Of a DNA stretch of 42,655 bases, positions 1 to 7,592 are shown piece by piece. Position numbers and translations under genes: made by a program. The DNA comes from Actinomycetota bacterium (GTDB lineage Bacteria; Actinomycetota; Thermoleophilia; Gaiellales; Gaiellaceae), in the NCBI GenBank assembly GCA_046729915.1, contig JBKPHO010000476.1:1-42655 (forward strand), read 5' to 3'. The notes under the pieces were generated by a model that was not told the DNA's origin, made no database searches, and was given only the letters and a program-made list of their open reading frames with translations. Every line of letters begins with the position of its first letter. Within the stretch, counting starts at the first letter, position 1.

Positions 1-732
1 GTCGAGTTCGTGAAGAAGTTCACCGAGGGGAAGGCCAACCGGGGAGCGCTGGAGCAGTTCCTGCTCGCCTGCGCCGCCGAGAACCCGAACCGCCGCCTGC
101 GCCTGACCGCGCTCGCCGACCGCGTCTCGATGCAGGTCGACCGGGCGAGCTTCGACGACCTCGTTACGCTCGTCACCCAGGCCCCCACGTGGGAGAAGGA
201 TCGCGTCCAGGGCGTGCGCACGCTGCTCCGCGCGCTGGGCGAGTCCAAGGTCGACGCGCCCGAGCAGATCCTCGCCCGCTGGACGTGGCGGCTGGCGCGC
301 TCGACGCGGAAGGTGCAGGACCGGCGCGCGAGCGCGGAGTTCCCCGAAGCCAAGCGGCTCCTCGGCGCCCTCGCCAACTCGCGCGGGCACCGGCACGAGG
401 AGAACGCGGCCAAGCTGGTGAATGCCGCGCTCGACCAGTCGCGCGAGGTCGGGACGGCCCTGCTGGCGTCGGCCGAGGGCTACACCCCGCGTGCGAACCA
501 GTTGATCGACGCGGCGCGCGAGCGGCTGGGCACGATTCAGGAAGTGGCGAACGCGCTTGCGGACAACCTGCCGGCGCCGAAGGCGTCGAGCGGCCGCTCT
601 CGGCGGCGTCGCCGTAAGCGCAAGAAGAAGGGCCAGGCGCAGGCGCAGCAGGCCGAGCAGCAGGCTCAGCAGCAGGCGCAAGCACCGGAGCCTCAGGCGC
701 AGGAAGCCCCCGCCTCAGCCGCCGAGGCGTAA
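1..732 (+). CDS. Hypothetical protein, probably 5'-truncated by the window edge. Has a C-terminal polybasic patch (RSRRRRRKRKKKG) and a Gln/Ala-rich tail.
   Basis: Frame 1 is open from base 1 (GTC GAG TTC GTG...). The track ORF is 10..732 and its codon third positions are GC-rich. No family recognised. Confidence 0.55.
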   Translation, partial: VEFVKKFTEGKANRGALEQFLLACAAENPNRRLRLTALADRVSMQVDRASFDDLVTLVTQAPTWEKDRVQGVRTLLRALGESKVDAPEQILARWTWRLARSTRKVQDRRASAEFPEAKRLLGALANSRGHRHEENAAKLVNAALDQSREVGTALLASAEGYTPRANQLIDAARERLGTIQEVANALADNLPAPKASSGRSRRRRRKRKKKGQAQAQQAEQQAQQQAQAPEPQAQEAPASAAEA

Positions 733-762
733 CGCCGGCCGCCCGGAAAGGGACCACTCCAC

Positions 763-2385
763 GTGCTGATCTACGCGACCGCCTTCCTGGTGGGAGCGAT
801 CACGGCGATCTCGCCGTGCGCCTATCCGGTGCTGCCGATCGTCTTCGCGGGCAGCGCGAGCGGTGGCCGCCGCCGGCCACACGCGATCATCGCCGGGCTC
901 TGCCTCACCTTCTTCGCCTCGCTTCTGTTTCTCACCTGGCTGTTCGACCGGCTCCACATACCCAAGGACCTCCTGCGCGACATCTCGATCGCCCTCCTGT
1001 TCGTGATCGCCGCGACCCTGATCGTGCCCGGACTCGGGCGGATCTTCGAGCGGCCCCTCGCACGCCTCAGCAGGCGCCCCGCGGGCGACCTCGGCGGCGG
1101 GTTCGTGCTCGGCGCGAGCCTCGGGCTCGTCTACGTCCCCTGCGTCGGGCCGATCGTCGCCGCGATCGCGACGCAGAGCGCCTCCCTCGAGGGCGCGAAG
1201 CGTGTCGGCCTCGCGGCGATGTTCGTGCTCGGCACCGCGGTACCGCTCTCGCTGATCGCGCTCGCGGCGCGGCGGAGCAGCGAGCGGCTGCGCGGCTTCC
1301 GGGCCCACGTGGGGCAGCTCCGCATCGCGCTGGGCGCGGTAATCGCCGCTGCCGCGGTGCTGATCGCTTTCGGTGTGGACACGACGCTCCAGGAGAAGGT
1401 CCCCGACTACACGACCGCCCTCTCGAGAGCCGCCGGCGAGCGTGACTGCTCGACCAGGACGCAGCTCGGCCAGCGGTGCCTCGCCTCCGAGGCGGGCTCG
1501 TCGCTGCAGGACTACGGCACCGCGCCGGACTTCGAGGGGATCTCCGCCTGGATCAACAGCAAGCCGGTGACGATCGACCAGCTGCGCGGCAAGGTCGTGC
1601 TCGTCGACTTCTGGACGTACTCGTGCATCAACTGCCTGCGCACGCTCCCGCACCTGAAGGCCTGGGACGCCGCCTACCGGAGGGCCGGGCTCGTGATCGT
1701 GGGTGTCCACACGCCCGAGTTCGCCTTCGAACACGTGGTCTCGAACGTCCGCAAGGCGACGCGCGACCTCGGGGTGCGCTACCCGGTCGCGGTCGACGAC
1801 CACTACCGCACCTGGCAGGCGTACAAGAACGGCGCCTGGCCAACCGAGTACCTCGTCGACCGGAGCGGCCGCGTGCGGGAGATCAAGGAGGGCGAGGGCC
1901 GCTACGACGAGACGGAGCGCGCGATCAGGGAGCTCCTCGGCGAGAGCCCGAACGCGCGGCTCGCTTCGGTACGCGACACGACGCCGCAGCACCTCACGAC
2001 GCCCGAGTCGTACCTCGGCTGGTCGCGGCTCGATCGCTACGTGGGCTCGCAGATCGTGCCGAACCGCGAGGCCCGCTATCGGTTCCCGCACGAGATCGCG
2101 CTGAACGAGCTCGCCTACGCCGGTCGCTGGCGGGTCGAGCGCGAGCGGATCGTGGCCGGCCATGGGGCACGGCTGCGGCTGCACTTCCTGGCGCAGGACG
2201 TCTACCTGGTGTTGAGCGGGAACGGCCGCCTGGAGGTGCTCGTCGGCGGAAGGCCCGTCAAGACGATCCGCGTGAGCGGCCTGAGCCGCCTCTACACGCT
2301 CCTGCGCTATCCGGGACTGAGCGAGGGCGCGCTCGAGCTGCGCTTCACGCCCGGCATCTCCGCGTACGCTTTCACCTTCGGCTAG
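763..2385 (+). CDS. dipZ: DipZ-like cytochrome c biogenesis / thiol:disulfide interchange protein. CcdA/DsbD-type membrane domain fused to a TlpA-like thioredoxin domain and a C-terminal beta-rich domain.
   Basis: N-terminal TM region carries 'ISPCAYPVLPIVF' (CcdA Cys/Pro motif). Redoxin segment 'VVLVDFWTYSCINCLRTLPHLKAW' contains a CxxC. GTG start is preceded by GGAAAGGGA. Confidence 0.8.
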   Translation: MLIYATAFLVGAITAISPCAYPVLPIVFAGSASGGRRRPHAIIAGLCLTFFASLLFLTWLFDRLHIPKDLLRDISIALLFVIAATLIVPGLGRIFERPLARLSRRPAGDLGGGFVLGASLGLVYVPCVGPIVAAIATQSASLEGAKRVGLAAMFVLGTAVPLSLIALAARRSSERLRGFRAHVGQLRIALGAVIAAAAVLIAFGVDTTLQEKVPDYTTALSRAAGERDCSTRTQLGQRCLASEAGSSLQDYGTAPDFEGISAWINSKPVTIDQLRGKVVLVDFWTYSCINCLRTLPHLKAWDAAYRRAGLVIVGVHTPEFAFEHVVSNVRKATRDLGVRYPVAVDDHYRTWQAYKNGAWPTEYLVDRSGRVREIKEGEGRYDETERAIRELLGESPNARLASVRDTTPQHLTTPESYLGWSRLDRYVGSQIVPNREARYRFPHEIALNELAYAGRWRVERERIVAGHGARLRLHFLAQDVYLVLSGNGRLEVLVGGRPVKTIRVSGLSRLYTLLRYPGLSEGALELRFTPGISAYAFTFG

Positions 2386-2404
2386 CGATCAGAGAGGAGG
2401 GACT

Positions 2405-2773
2405 GTGGCCGGTCAGATCGTGCACATCGAGATCCCAGCGGACGACACGGAGCAGGCACGTGAGTTCTGGGGCTCACTTTTCGGGTGGCAGTTCGAGTCC
2501 TACCCGGGGCCGTCCGAGTACCACATGGCCCGGATCGCCGACCAGCAGGGCGCCGCGATCACGAACATGGAGCCCGGCAAGAAAGGGACGCGCGCCTACT
2601 TCGACGTCGACGACATCAACGCCGGGGCCGCGCGCGTGAAGGAGCTCGGCGGCAACGCCGACGACCCCATGCCCGTGCCGAACATGGGCTGGTTCTCGAC
2701 CTGCACCGACCCGCAGGGGAACGAGTTCGGCCTCTGGCAGAACGACCCGTCCGCGCAAGCTCGGGGGGAATAG
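2405..2773 (+). CDS. VOC (glyoxalase/bleomycin-resistance fold) family protein
   Basis: 'VHIEIPADDTEQAREFWGSLFGWQF...GNEFGLWQ' is typical of small VOC proteins. Strong SD (AGAGGAGGGA) lies 4 nt before the GTG. Confidence 0.8.
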   Translation: MAGQIVHIEIPADDTEQAREFWGSLFGWQFESYPGPSEYHMARIADQQGAAITNMEPGKKGTRAYFDVDDINAGAARVKELGGNADDPMPVPNMGWFSTCTDPQGNEFGLWQNDPSAQARGE

Positions 2774-2806
2774 ACGGCAGTAGAGAGGCGCGGGGCGCCG
2801 TCCAGC

Positions 2807-3697
2807 CTATTGCTCGCGGGCGGCGTCCTCGCCGCCGCCGTTCTGCTCGCGCTCGCGGAGGAAGCGCGTCAGCTCGGCCGCCAAGGCGTCGCCCGACGGA
2901 AGGTCGGACGCCTCCTCGAGCTGCTCGGCGCGCCGTTCGAGCTCCTCGACGTAGGCCGCCGTCTCCTCGTCCGAGGCAACCGCCTCGCTCACCTGCTCCT
3001 CGTAGGTGCGCGCCGCCTCCTCGAGCTCCTCCGCCTCGACCTCGACGCCGATCAGCGCGCCGAGCCGCTCGCACAGCGCGAGCGCTCCGCGCGGGCTGGG
3101 CGTCAGCGAGACGTAGTGCGGCACCGCCGCCCAGAGGCTCGCCGACGGGATCGCGCTCTGCCTGCAGGCGTCGTGGAGAACGCCGACGATCCCGGTCGGG
3201 CCCTCGTACCGCGACGCCGAGAGCCCGAGCCGCTCCACGAGCTCCTTGTCCGTCGCGCTGCCGGTCACCGGCGCCGGGCGCGTGTGCGGCACGTCGGCAA
3301 GCAGCGCCCCGAGCGTGATCATCAGCTCGACCCCGAGGTCGCTGGCGAAACCGACCACGAGCTCCGTGAACGTGCGCCAGCGGAGGTTCGGCTCGATCCC
3401 GAGGAGGAGCACGAGGTCGTGCTCGAGACCATCGGGCCGCGCCTGGTAGAAGCCGGTCTCCGGCCAGTCGATGCGCCGGGTGAGCCCCTCCTCGAGCGAC
3501 ACGTGCGGGCGGGTGGCCTGGAAGTCGAAGAAGGTCTCCGGGTCGACCTCGGCGAAGCGCTCCGCGTCCCAGGTCTTGGCGAGATAGCCGGCCGCGAGCG
3601 AGGCCGCCTGCGCACCGTCGTTCCAGCCCCGAAAGGCTGCCACCATGACCGGCCGCGTGAGCTCTGGCCGGCCGTCGATGCGGAGCTCGTCGGCCAC
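2807..3697 (-). CDS. PAC2 (proteasome assembly chaperone 2-like) family protein with an acidic C-terminal tail
   Basis: 'VMVAAFRGWNDGAQAAS...LLLGIEPNLRW...YEGPTGIVGVL' matches the actinobacterial PAC2 family pattern. Confidence 0.75.
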   Translation of the reverse strand: MADELRIDGRPELTRPVMVAAFRGWNDGAQAASLAAGYLAKTWDAERFAEVDPETFFDFQATRPHVSLEEGLTRRIDWPETGFYQARPDGLEHDLVLLLGIEPNLRWRTFTELVVGFASDLGVELMITLGALLADVPHTRPAPVTGSATDKELVERLGLSASRYEGPTGIVGVLHDACRQSAIPSASLWAAVPHYVSLTPSPRGALALCERLGALIGVEVEAEELEEAARTYEEQVSEAVASDEETAAYVEELERRAEQLEEASDLPSGDALAAELTRFLREREQNGGGEDAAREQ

Positions 3698-3801
3698 TAA
3701 TGGCCCGTCCAGTAATGCCGCCGAGCTTCTGGGTCGCGAGCACCAAGCGTGATCGCGGGCCAGAGGCCGGCATGTATTGCTGGATGGGCCACGATCTCAG
3801 T

Positions 3802-4743
3802 CTACGTGCGGCCTTGCACGAGCGCGGCCGGCGGGCGCCACAGGACCGTGACGAAGGCGACCAGCAGGCCCCAGACCGCGGCGGCCGTGCCGACGTGGAC
3901 GAGCACGAGCGGCCACGGCAGGTGCGTCCGGTACTGCACCTCGCCGAGCGCCATCTGGACGAGCAGCAGGCCGAACACGCCGAGCCCGAGGGCGAACAGC
4001 CGCGGCCAGCGCTGACGCTGCGAGGCCAGGTAGCCGAGCAGGAACACGAGCCCGATCCCGAACGCGGCCACCGCGACCGCATGGACGTAGACCAGGGGCT
4101 GCAGCCTCCAGAGCCGGTCGACGTGCTCCGCGCCGCCGCCTGAGTGGGGCCCGCCGGCGGTGGCGAGGGTGCCGGTGACGAGCAGCACGCCGGCCGCGGC
4201 GGCGACGGCGAGCGCCGCCCCGCACAGCTCTCGCGGCACCAGCCGCTCCCCCCGGCCGGAGCGCAGCGCGAGCGCCTCGAGCGCGAGCACGACCGCGCCG
4301 GCGAGAACGGCCATCGACAGCAGCAGGTGCGCGGCCACGACCGGCCAGCGGAGGTCGGTGTGCACGGCGAGGTAGCCGAGCGGAGCCTGCGCGACCGTCC
4401 CGGCAAGGATCGCGAGCGCGAGCCGGCGGCCGCGGCGCGAGAGGCCCGGCGTCAGGAACGACCCGAGAGTGGTCAGCAGCACGAGCACGATCACGACTCC
4501 GCCGAGCGCGCGGTTTCCGAACTCGATGAACGCGTGGTAGTCCTTGGCCGGCAGCGGGTGGCCGGCCTCGCAGCCGGGCCAGTGGCGGCAACCGAGGCCT
4601 GAGTCCGTTACGCGGACGGCCGCGCCCGTGAGCACGATCAGCCACAGCGCACCGAGCGAGACCAGCGTCAGCTGCAGGAAGCGCCCGGGCGAGAGCTCGA
4701 TCCGCCGAAGCCGCCCGAGCGCCGTCGACGACTCGACGTGCAC
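3802..4743 (-). CDS. ctaA: Heme A synthase (COX15/CtaA family)
   Basis: Polytopic membrane protein with 'VRVTDSGLGCRHWPGCEAGHPLP' (CtaA Cys pair) and conserved His residues in TM helices. Confidence 0.8.
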   Translation of the reverse strand: MHVESSTALGRLRRIELSPGRFLQLTLVSLGALWLIVLTGAAVRVTDSGLGCRHWPGCEAGHPLPAKDYHAFIEFGNRALGGVVIVLVLLTTLGSFLTPGLSRRGRRLALAILAGTVAQAPLGYLAVHTDLRWPVVAAHLLLSMAVLAGAVVLALEALALRSGRGERLVPRELCGAALAVAAAAGVLLVTGTLATAGGPHSGGGAEHVDRLWRLQPLVYVHAVAVAAFGIGLVFLLGYLASQRQRWPRLFALGLGVFGLLLVQMALGEVQYRTHLPWPLVLVHVGTAAAVWGLLVAFVTVLWRPPAALVQGRT

Positions 4744-4806
4744 GCCGCAAATGCTAGTGCTCCTCCCAGCAACGAGGCCGGCACTGGAAGGAGCACTAGT
4801 TGCGGC
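4744..4806. promoter_or_regulatory. Long imperfect hairpin filling the entire apgM-like/ctaA intergenic gap
   Basis: Arms pair as GCCGCAA/TTGCGGC (7 bp), CTAGTGCTCCT/AGGAGCACTAG (11 bp) and CCAG/CTGG (4 bp) around a 14-nt loop. Locally low GC. On the minus strand the 3' arm carries GGGAGGAG and ends directly at the ctaA GTG. Confidence 0.6.
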
Positions 4807-6054
4807 CTAGAGAAAGGGCTCCAGCAGGGCGGGGTAGCCGTCGGCGCCGTCGAAGGGCGTCGGGCGCGAGCCGAGGAAGAGCGGCCGGTCGGCGGCGTTC
4901 AGCAGCACCGGCATCAGGTCGGGCCCGCGGAGCTGCCCGAGGATCCCGGCGGCGCAGTCGAGCTCGCCGAAGCGCTCCACGGCGTCGGCCCGCACGCCCG
5001 GGCCGGCAAGGAGCAGCGGCACCGGGTCGCCCGAGTGGATCACGTCGGGAGACGCGGGGGTGGCGTGGTCGCCGGTGACACAGACGATGGCCGTGTCGGT
5101 CGGAAGCTCGGCGAGGGCGCCGTCGAGCCGCTCGATCGTCTCCTCCTTGATCCGCGGATCCTTGGTGTGGCCGGCCGCGTCGGTTGTCTTCTGGTGGCAG
5201 AAGACGAAGGTGTCACCCGCTTCGAGCCGCTCCCGGGCGAGCTCCACGCGCGCGCCGAGGTCGGCGACGGGATCGTCGGTCTCGGGCGCCTCGAGGGGCT
5301 CGAGCCCCAACGCCCGGCCGAGCCCGCGCAGGAAGGCCGAGTCGGCCGCGAACGCACCCGTGACACCGTGCCGCTCGAGAAACGACGGAACGCGCCTGGG
5401 GCGGCCGAACCACTTGAGCGTGATCACGTTGAAGCGCTCGCCCTCGAGCCGCCTCATCGTCTCGCGCGTCCACTCCTCGCAGGCGCGGGCCGTTCGCTCC
5501 GCTTCGGGGACGAGCGGCCGCGGGCGCAGCATCGGGTGCCATGCGCGAAAGAACGCGTCGGTGTCGGTCACACGCTCGTCCGCGTCTCCGGAGATTCGCA
5601 ACACCGCCTCGCCGCGCCAGACGTGCGTCAGCGAGAATGTGAGGCCGTCCACCTCGATCCCGTCGCACCGCTGGACCAGGCGCTCCGCCTCCTCGGCGTC
5701 GCGCTGGCGGTCCGGGCGGCCGGTCAGCCACCAGCCGTCCTCGCGCCGCTCCACAGGCCGCAGCGCCGCGTAGGCGAAAACGTGCTCCTCGCTCACCTCC
5801 TGACCGCGGCCGAGAGCCTCGAAGACGGCCCGCCCCGGGAACTCGTCCGGCCGGTAGCCGAGCAGCGACCAGTGCGCGACCTCGCTCGACGGCGCACGCC
5901 CGGGGCCGACGGCGTACAGCAACCCGCACGAGCCTCGCGCCGCCAGCGTGTCGAGGTTCGGCGTGGCCGCGGCCTCGTTCCCGGTGCGCCCGCCGAGTGC
6001 TTCGTGGGCGCGGTCGCCGAGCCCGTCGAGCAGGAAGACGACGATGGGGTACAT
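4807..6054 (-). CDS. Cofactor-independent phosphoglycerate mutase-like metalloenzyme (ApgM-like, alkaline-phosphatase superfamily)
   Basis: 'MYPIVVFLLDGLGDR...', 'TTDAAGHTKDP' and 'VCVTGDHATP' resemble archaeal-type iPGM/phosphopentomutase-superfamily metal-binding motifs. Confidence 0.65.
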   Translation of the reverse strand: MYPIVVFLLDGLGDRAHEALGGRTGNEAAATPNLDTLAARGSCGLLYAVGPGRAPSSEVAHWSLLGYRPDEFPGRAVFEALGRGQEVSEEHVFAYAALRPVERREDGWWLTGRPDRQRDAEEAERLVQRCDGIEVDGLTFSLTHVWRGEAVLRISGDADERVTDTDAFFRAWHPMLRPRPLVPEAERTARACEEWTRETMRRLEGERFNVITLKWFGRPRRVPSFLERHGVTGAFAADSAFLRGLGRALGLEPLEAPETDDPVADLGARVELARERLEAGDTFVFCHQKTTDAAGHTKDPRIKEETIERLDGALAELPTDTAIVCVTGDHATPASPDVIHSGDPVPLLLAGPGVRADAVERFGELDCAAGILGQLRGPDLMPVLLNAADRPLFLGSRPTPFDGADGYPALLEPFL

Positions 6055-6085
6055 GCGGCGCGGAGGCTATCCGCGCCGCATGTAC
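6049..6085 (-). terminator. Perfect 15-bp stem-loop 8 nt downstream of the cupredoxin-like gene stop. The stem contains the start codon of the next gene.
   Basis: GTACATGCGGCGCGG-aggctat-CCGCGCCGCATGTAC. The ATG of the ApgM-like gene (complement of 6052..6054) lies inside the stem. Confidence 0.55.
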
Positions 6086-6093
6086 CGAGAGCG

Positions 6094-6963
6094 TTACCGC
6101 TTGCGGACGACGACCGTGCGGCTGTAGCCGTCCAGGTAGCCGGCGCCGACCTGGTTCAGCGACATGAAGATCCGCAAGGCGTAGCGCCCGCGCTTGAGCG
6201 GCAGTCGGAAGAACTTGTGCGAGTAGCGGCCGAGGATCACCCGCCCGACCTTCACCCACTCGTGGAAGCGTGTGAACTTCTGCAGGTAGACCTTGCGGCC
6301 CTCCAGCGAGCGGTCGGCCTTGACGGTCACGGAGCCGAAGCGCTTCGAGGCCGAGAAAAGGACGTTAGGCCGCAGCTGCACCCCGATCGGGATGCTGACG
6401 GCGCTTCTCCAGTGGGCCTGGTAGCTCGTCAGCAGCGTCGGCTTGACGACGAAGTCCCAGACCCCGTTCGTGGTGGTCTGAAGCCTGGCGACCTCGACGT
6501 AGGAGGCCTGGCCGTAGGGCTGCGCCCATAGCGTGACAGTCTCACCCGCCTTGGCGTTCGAGATGGCGCCGGAGATGTGCGTCGACTCGCCGTACGTCAG
6601 GATCGGCAAAGCGGCGCCGATCGTCACGGCCGGCGGCGGGCCCTTCACGACGACCTTCCCGGTCAGGCTGGGGTGCAGCGCGTCGTGGTAGCGGAACGTG
6701 CCCGCTGAGTTGAACACGTGCCGGTAGGTCTTCCCCGGTGCGATCACGGCCGAGGCGAAGCTGCCGTTGTTCGCGACGATCTGGTGGTTCTTGGTGTCGC
6801 GGTTCGTCCATCGGACCGCGTCGGTGGTCGCGATCGTGACGGTCGCGGGTGAGAACCCGGTCGCCTTGATCGCGACGGCTTTGGTGGCCGTCGAGGCGGG
6901 CTGGGAGGCGCCGGTAACGGCGAGAGCCAGCACGGCGGCGGCGGCGAGAATGACGGTGCGCAT
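6094..6963 (-). CDS. Secreted cupredoxin-fold protein with a C-terminal beta-rich extension
   Basis: Signal peptide 'MRTVILAAAAVLALAVTGASQ'. Cupredoxin-like segment 'ATGFSPATVTIATTDAVRWTNRDTKNHQIV...GTFRYHDALHPSLTGKVVV'. I prefer the internal ATG at 6963 over the track start at 7002. Confidence 0.7.
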   Translation of the reverse strand: MRTVILAAAAVLALAVTGASQPASTATKAVAIKATGFSPATVTIATTDAVRWTNRDTKNHQIVANNGSFASAVIAPGKTYRHVFNSAGTFRYHDALHPSLTGKVVVKGPPPAVTIGAALPILTYGESTHISGAISNAKAGETVTLWAQPYGQASYVEVARLQTTTNGVWDFVVKPTLLTSYQAHWRSAVSIPIGVQLRPNVLFSASKRFGSVTVKADRSLEGRKVYLQKFTRFHEWVKVGRVILGRYSHKFFRLPLKRGRYALRIFMSLNQVGAGYLDGYSRTVVVRKR

Positions 6964-7029
6964 GACGGAACCCCCTGGGTCTGCGGCTTGGTATCCGTTC
7001 AAACGCCCGCGGCTGCGAAAAGTTCTGGC

Positions 7030-7071
7030 CCCTTACACGACCCTCGATCACCCCTTACACGGCCCTTACAC
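7030..7071 (-). repeat. Three direct repeats of GTGTAAGGG (minus-strand sense) spaced 11 and 22 bp apart
   Basis: CCCTTACAC occurs at 7030..7038, 7052..7060 and 7063..7071. The repeats lie 67-108 nt upstream of the cupredoxin-like ATG and overlap the stop codon of the upstream gene. Confidence 0.6.
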
Positions 7072-7581
7072 AGGCACGCGGTCGAGGCGCTTCAGCAGGA
7101 CCGCGACACCCGGCGGCACCATGGCCTCCCAGTCGCCCCCGGTGCGCAGGGCCTCTCGCACCTCGGCGCCCGAGACCTCCTTCTCGGCGCCCTCGTCGAG
7201 CACGACGACCTCGTAGCCGGCGGCGCGCAGGCGGTCGAGCTTCGTGCCGCCCCAGTCCGAGAAGAGGCGGATGTACTGGACGACGTCGTCGGGCACGTAG
7301 GCTGGCCAGAGCTTGGGCTCGTTGACCGGGAACGGGACGACGTGGACGCGCTCGGCCTCGATGCCGGCGTCGGCGGCGGCAGCCTTCACCATCAGCAGCC
7401 GCTCCACGTACGTGTACGGGTTCGATTCCGGAAGGTGCCGCAGCGGGTCGGAGGCTTCTGGCTTGATGCGCTCCCGGTCGGGGTTCGTGATCCCGACGAA
7501 GAGCTCCTCGCTGAGCGCCGCTGCGCCCTTCAGGTACTCGAGATGACCGTTGTGGAAGGGCTGGAACCGCCCATGGATCAT
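7066..7581 (-). CDS. Archaeal-type nicotinamide-nucleotide adenylyltransferase-like cytidylyltransferase-family protein (NadM-like)
   Basis: 'MIHGRFQPFHNGHLEYL' (HxGH nucleotidyltransferase motif), 'NPYTYVER' and 'VSGAEVREALRTGGDWEAMVPPGV' parallel archaeal NMNAT. The ATG lies 12 nt after the selD stop. The 542-aa track ORF is an artefactual upstream extension. Confidence 0.75.
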   Translation of the reverse strand: MIHGRFQPFHNGHLEYLKGAAALSEELFVGITNPDRERIKPEASDPLRHLPESNPYTYVERLLMVKAAAADAGIEAERVHVVPFPVNEPKLWPAYVPDDVVQYIRLFSDWGGTKLDRLRAAGYEVVVLDEGAEKEVSGAEVREALRTGGDWEAMVPPGVAVLLKRLDRVPV

Positions 7582-7592
7582 GCCTCGGGCGG

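Noticed and set aside
715-2184. Long antisense or alternate-frame ORFs throughout the track. Examples are 715..2184(-), 2616..4406(-), 5213..6259(-), 15051..17843(-), 26678..27829(-), 34200..35363(-), 34753..37242(+) and 36559..37905(-).
   Set aside because: Their translations are dominated by Arg, Pro, Ala and Gly, with no motifs. They overlap frames that contain clear protein-family signatures and high GC3. Such ORFs are the expected stop-codon-poor artefacts of very GC-rich DNA.
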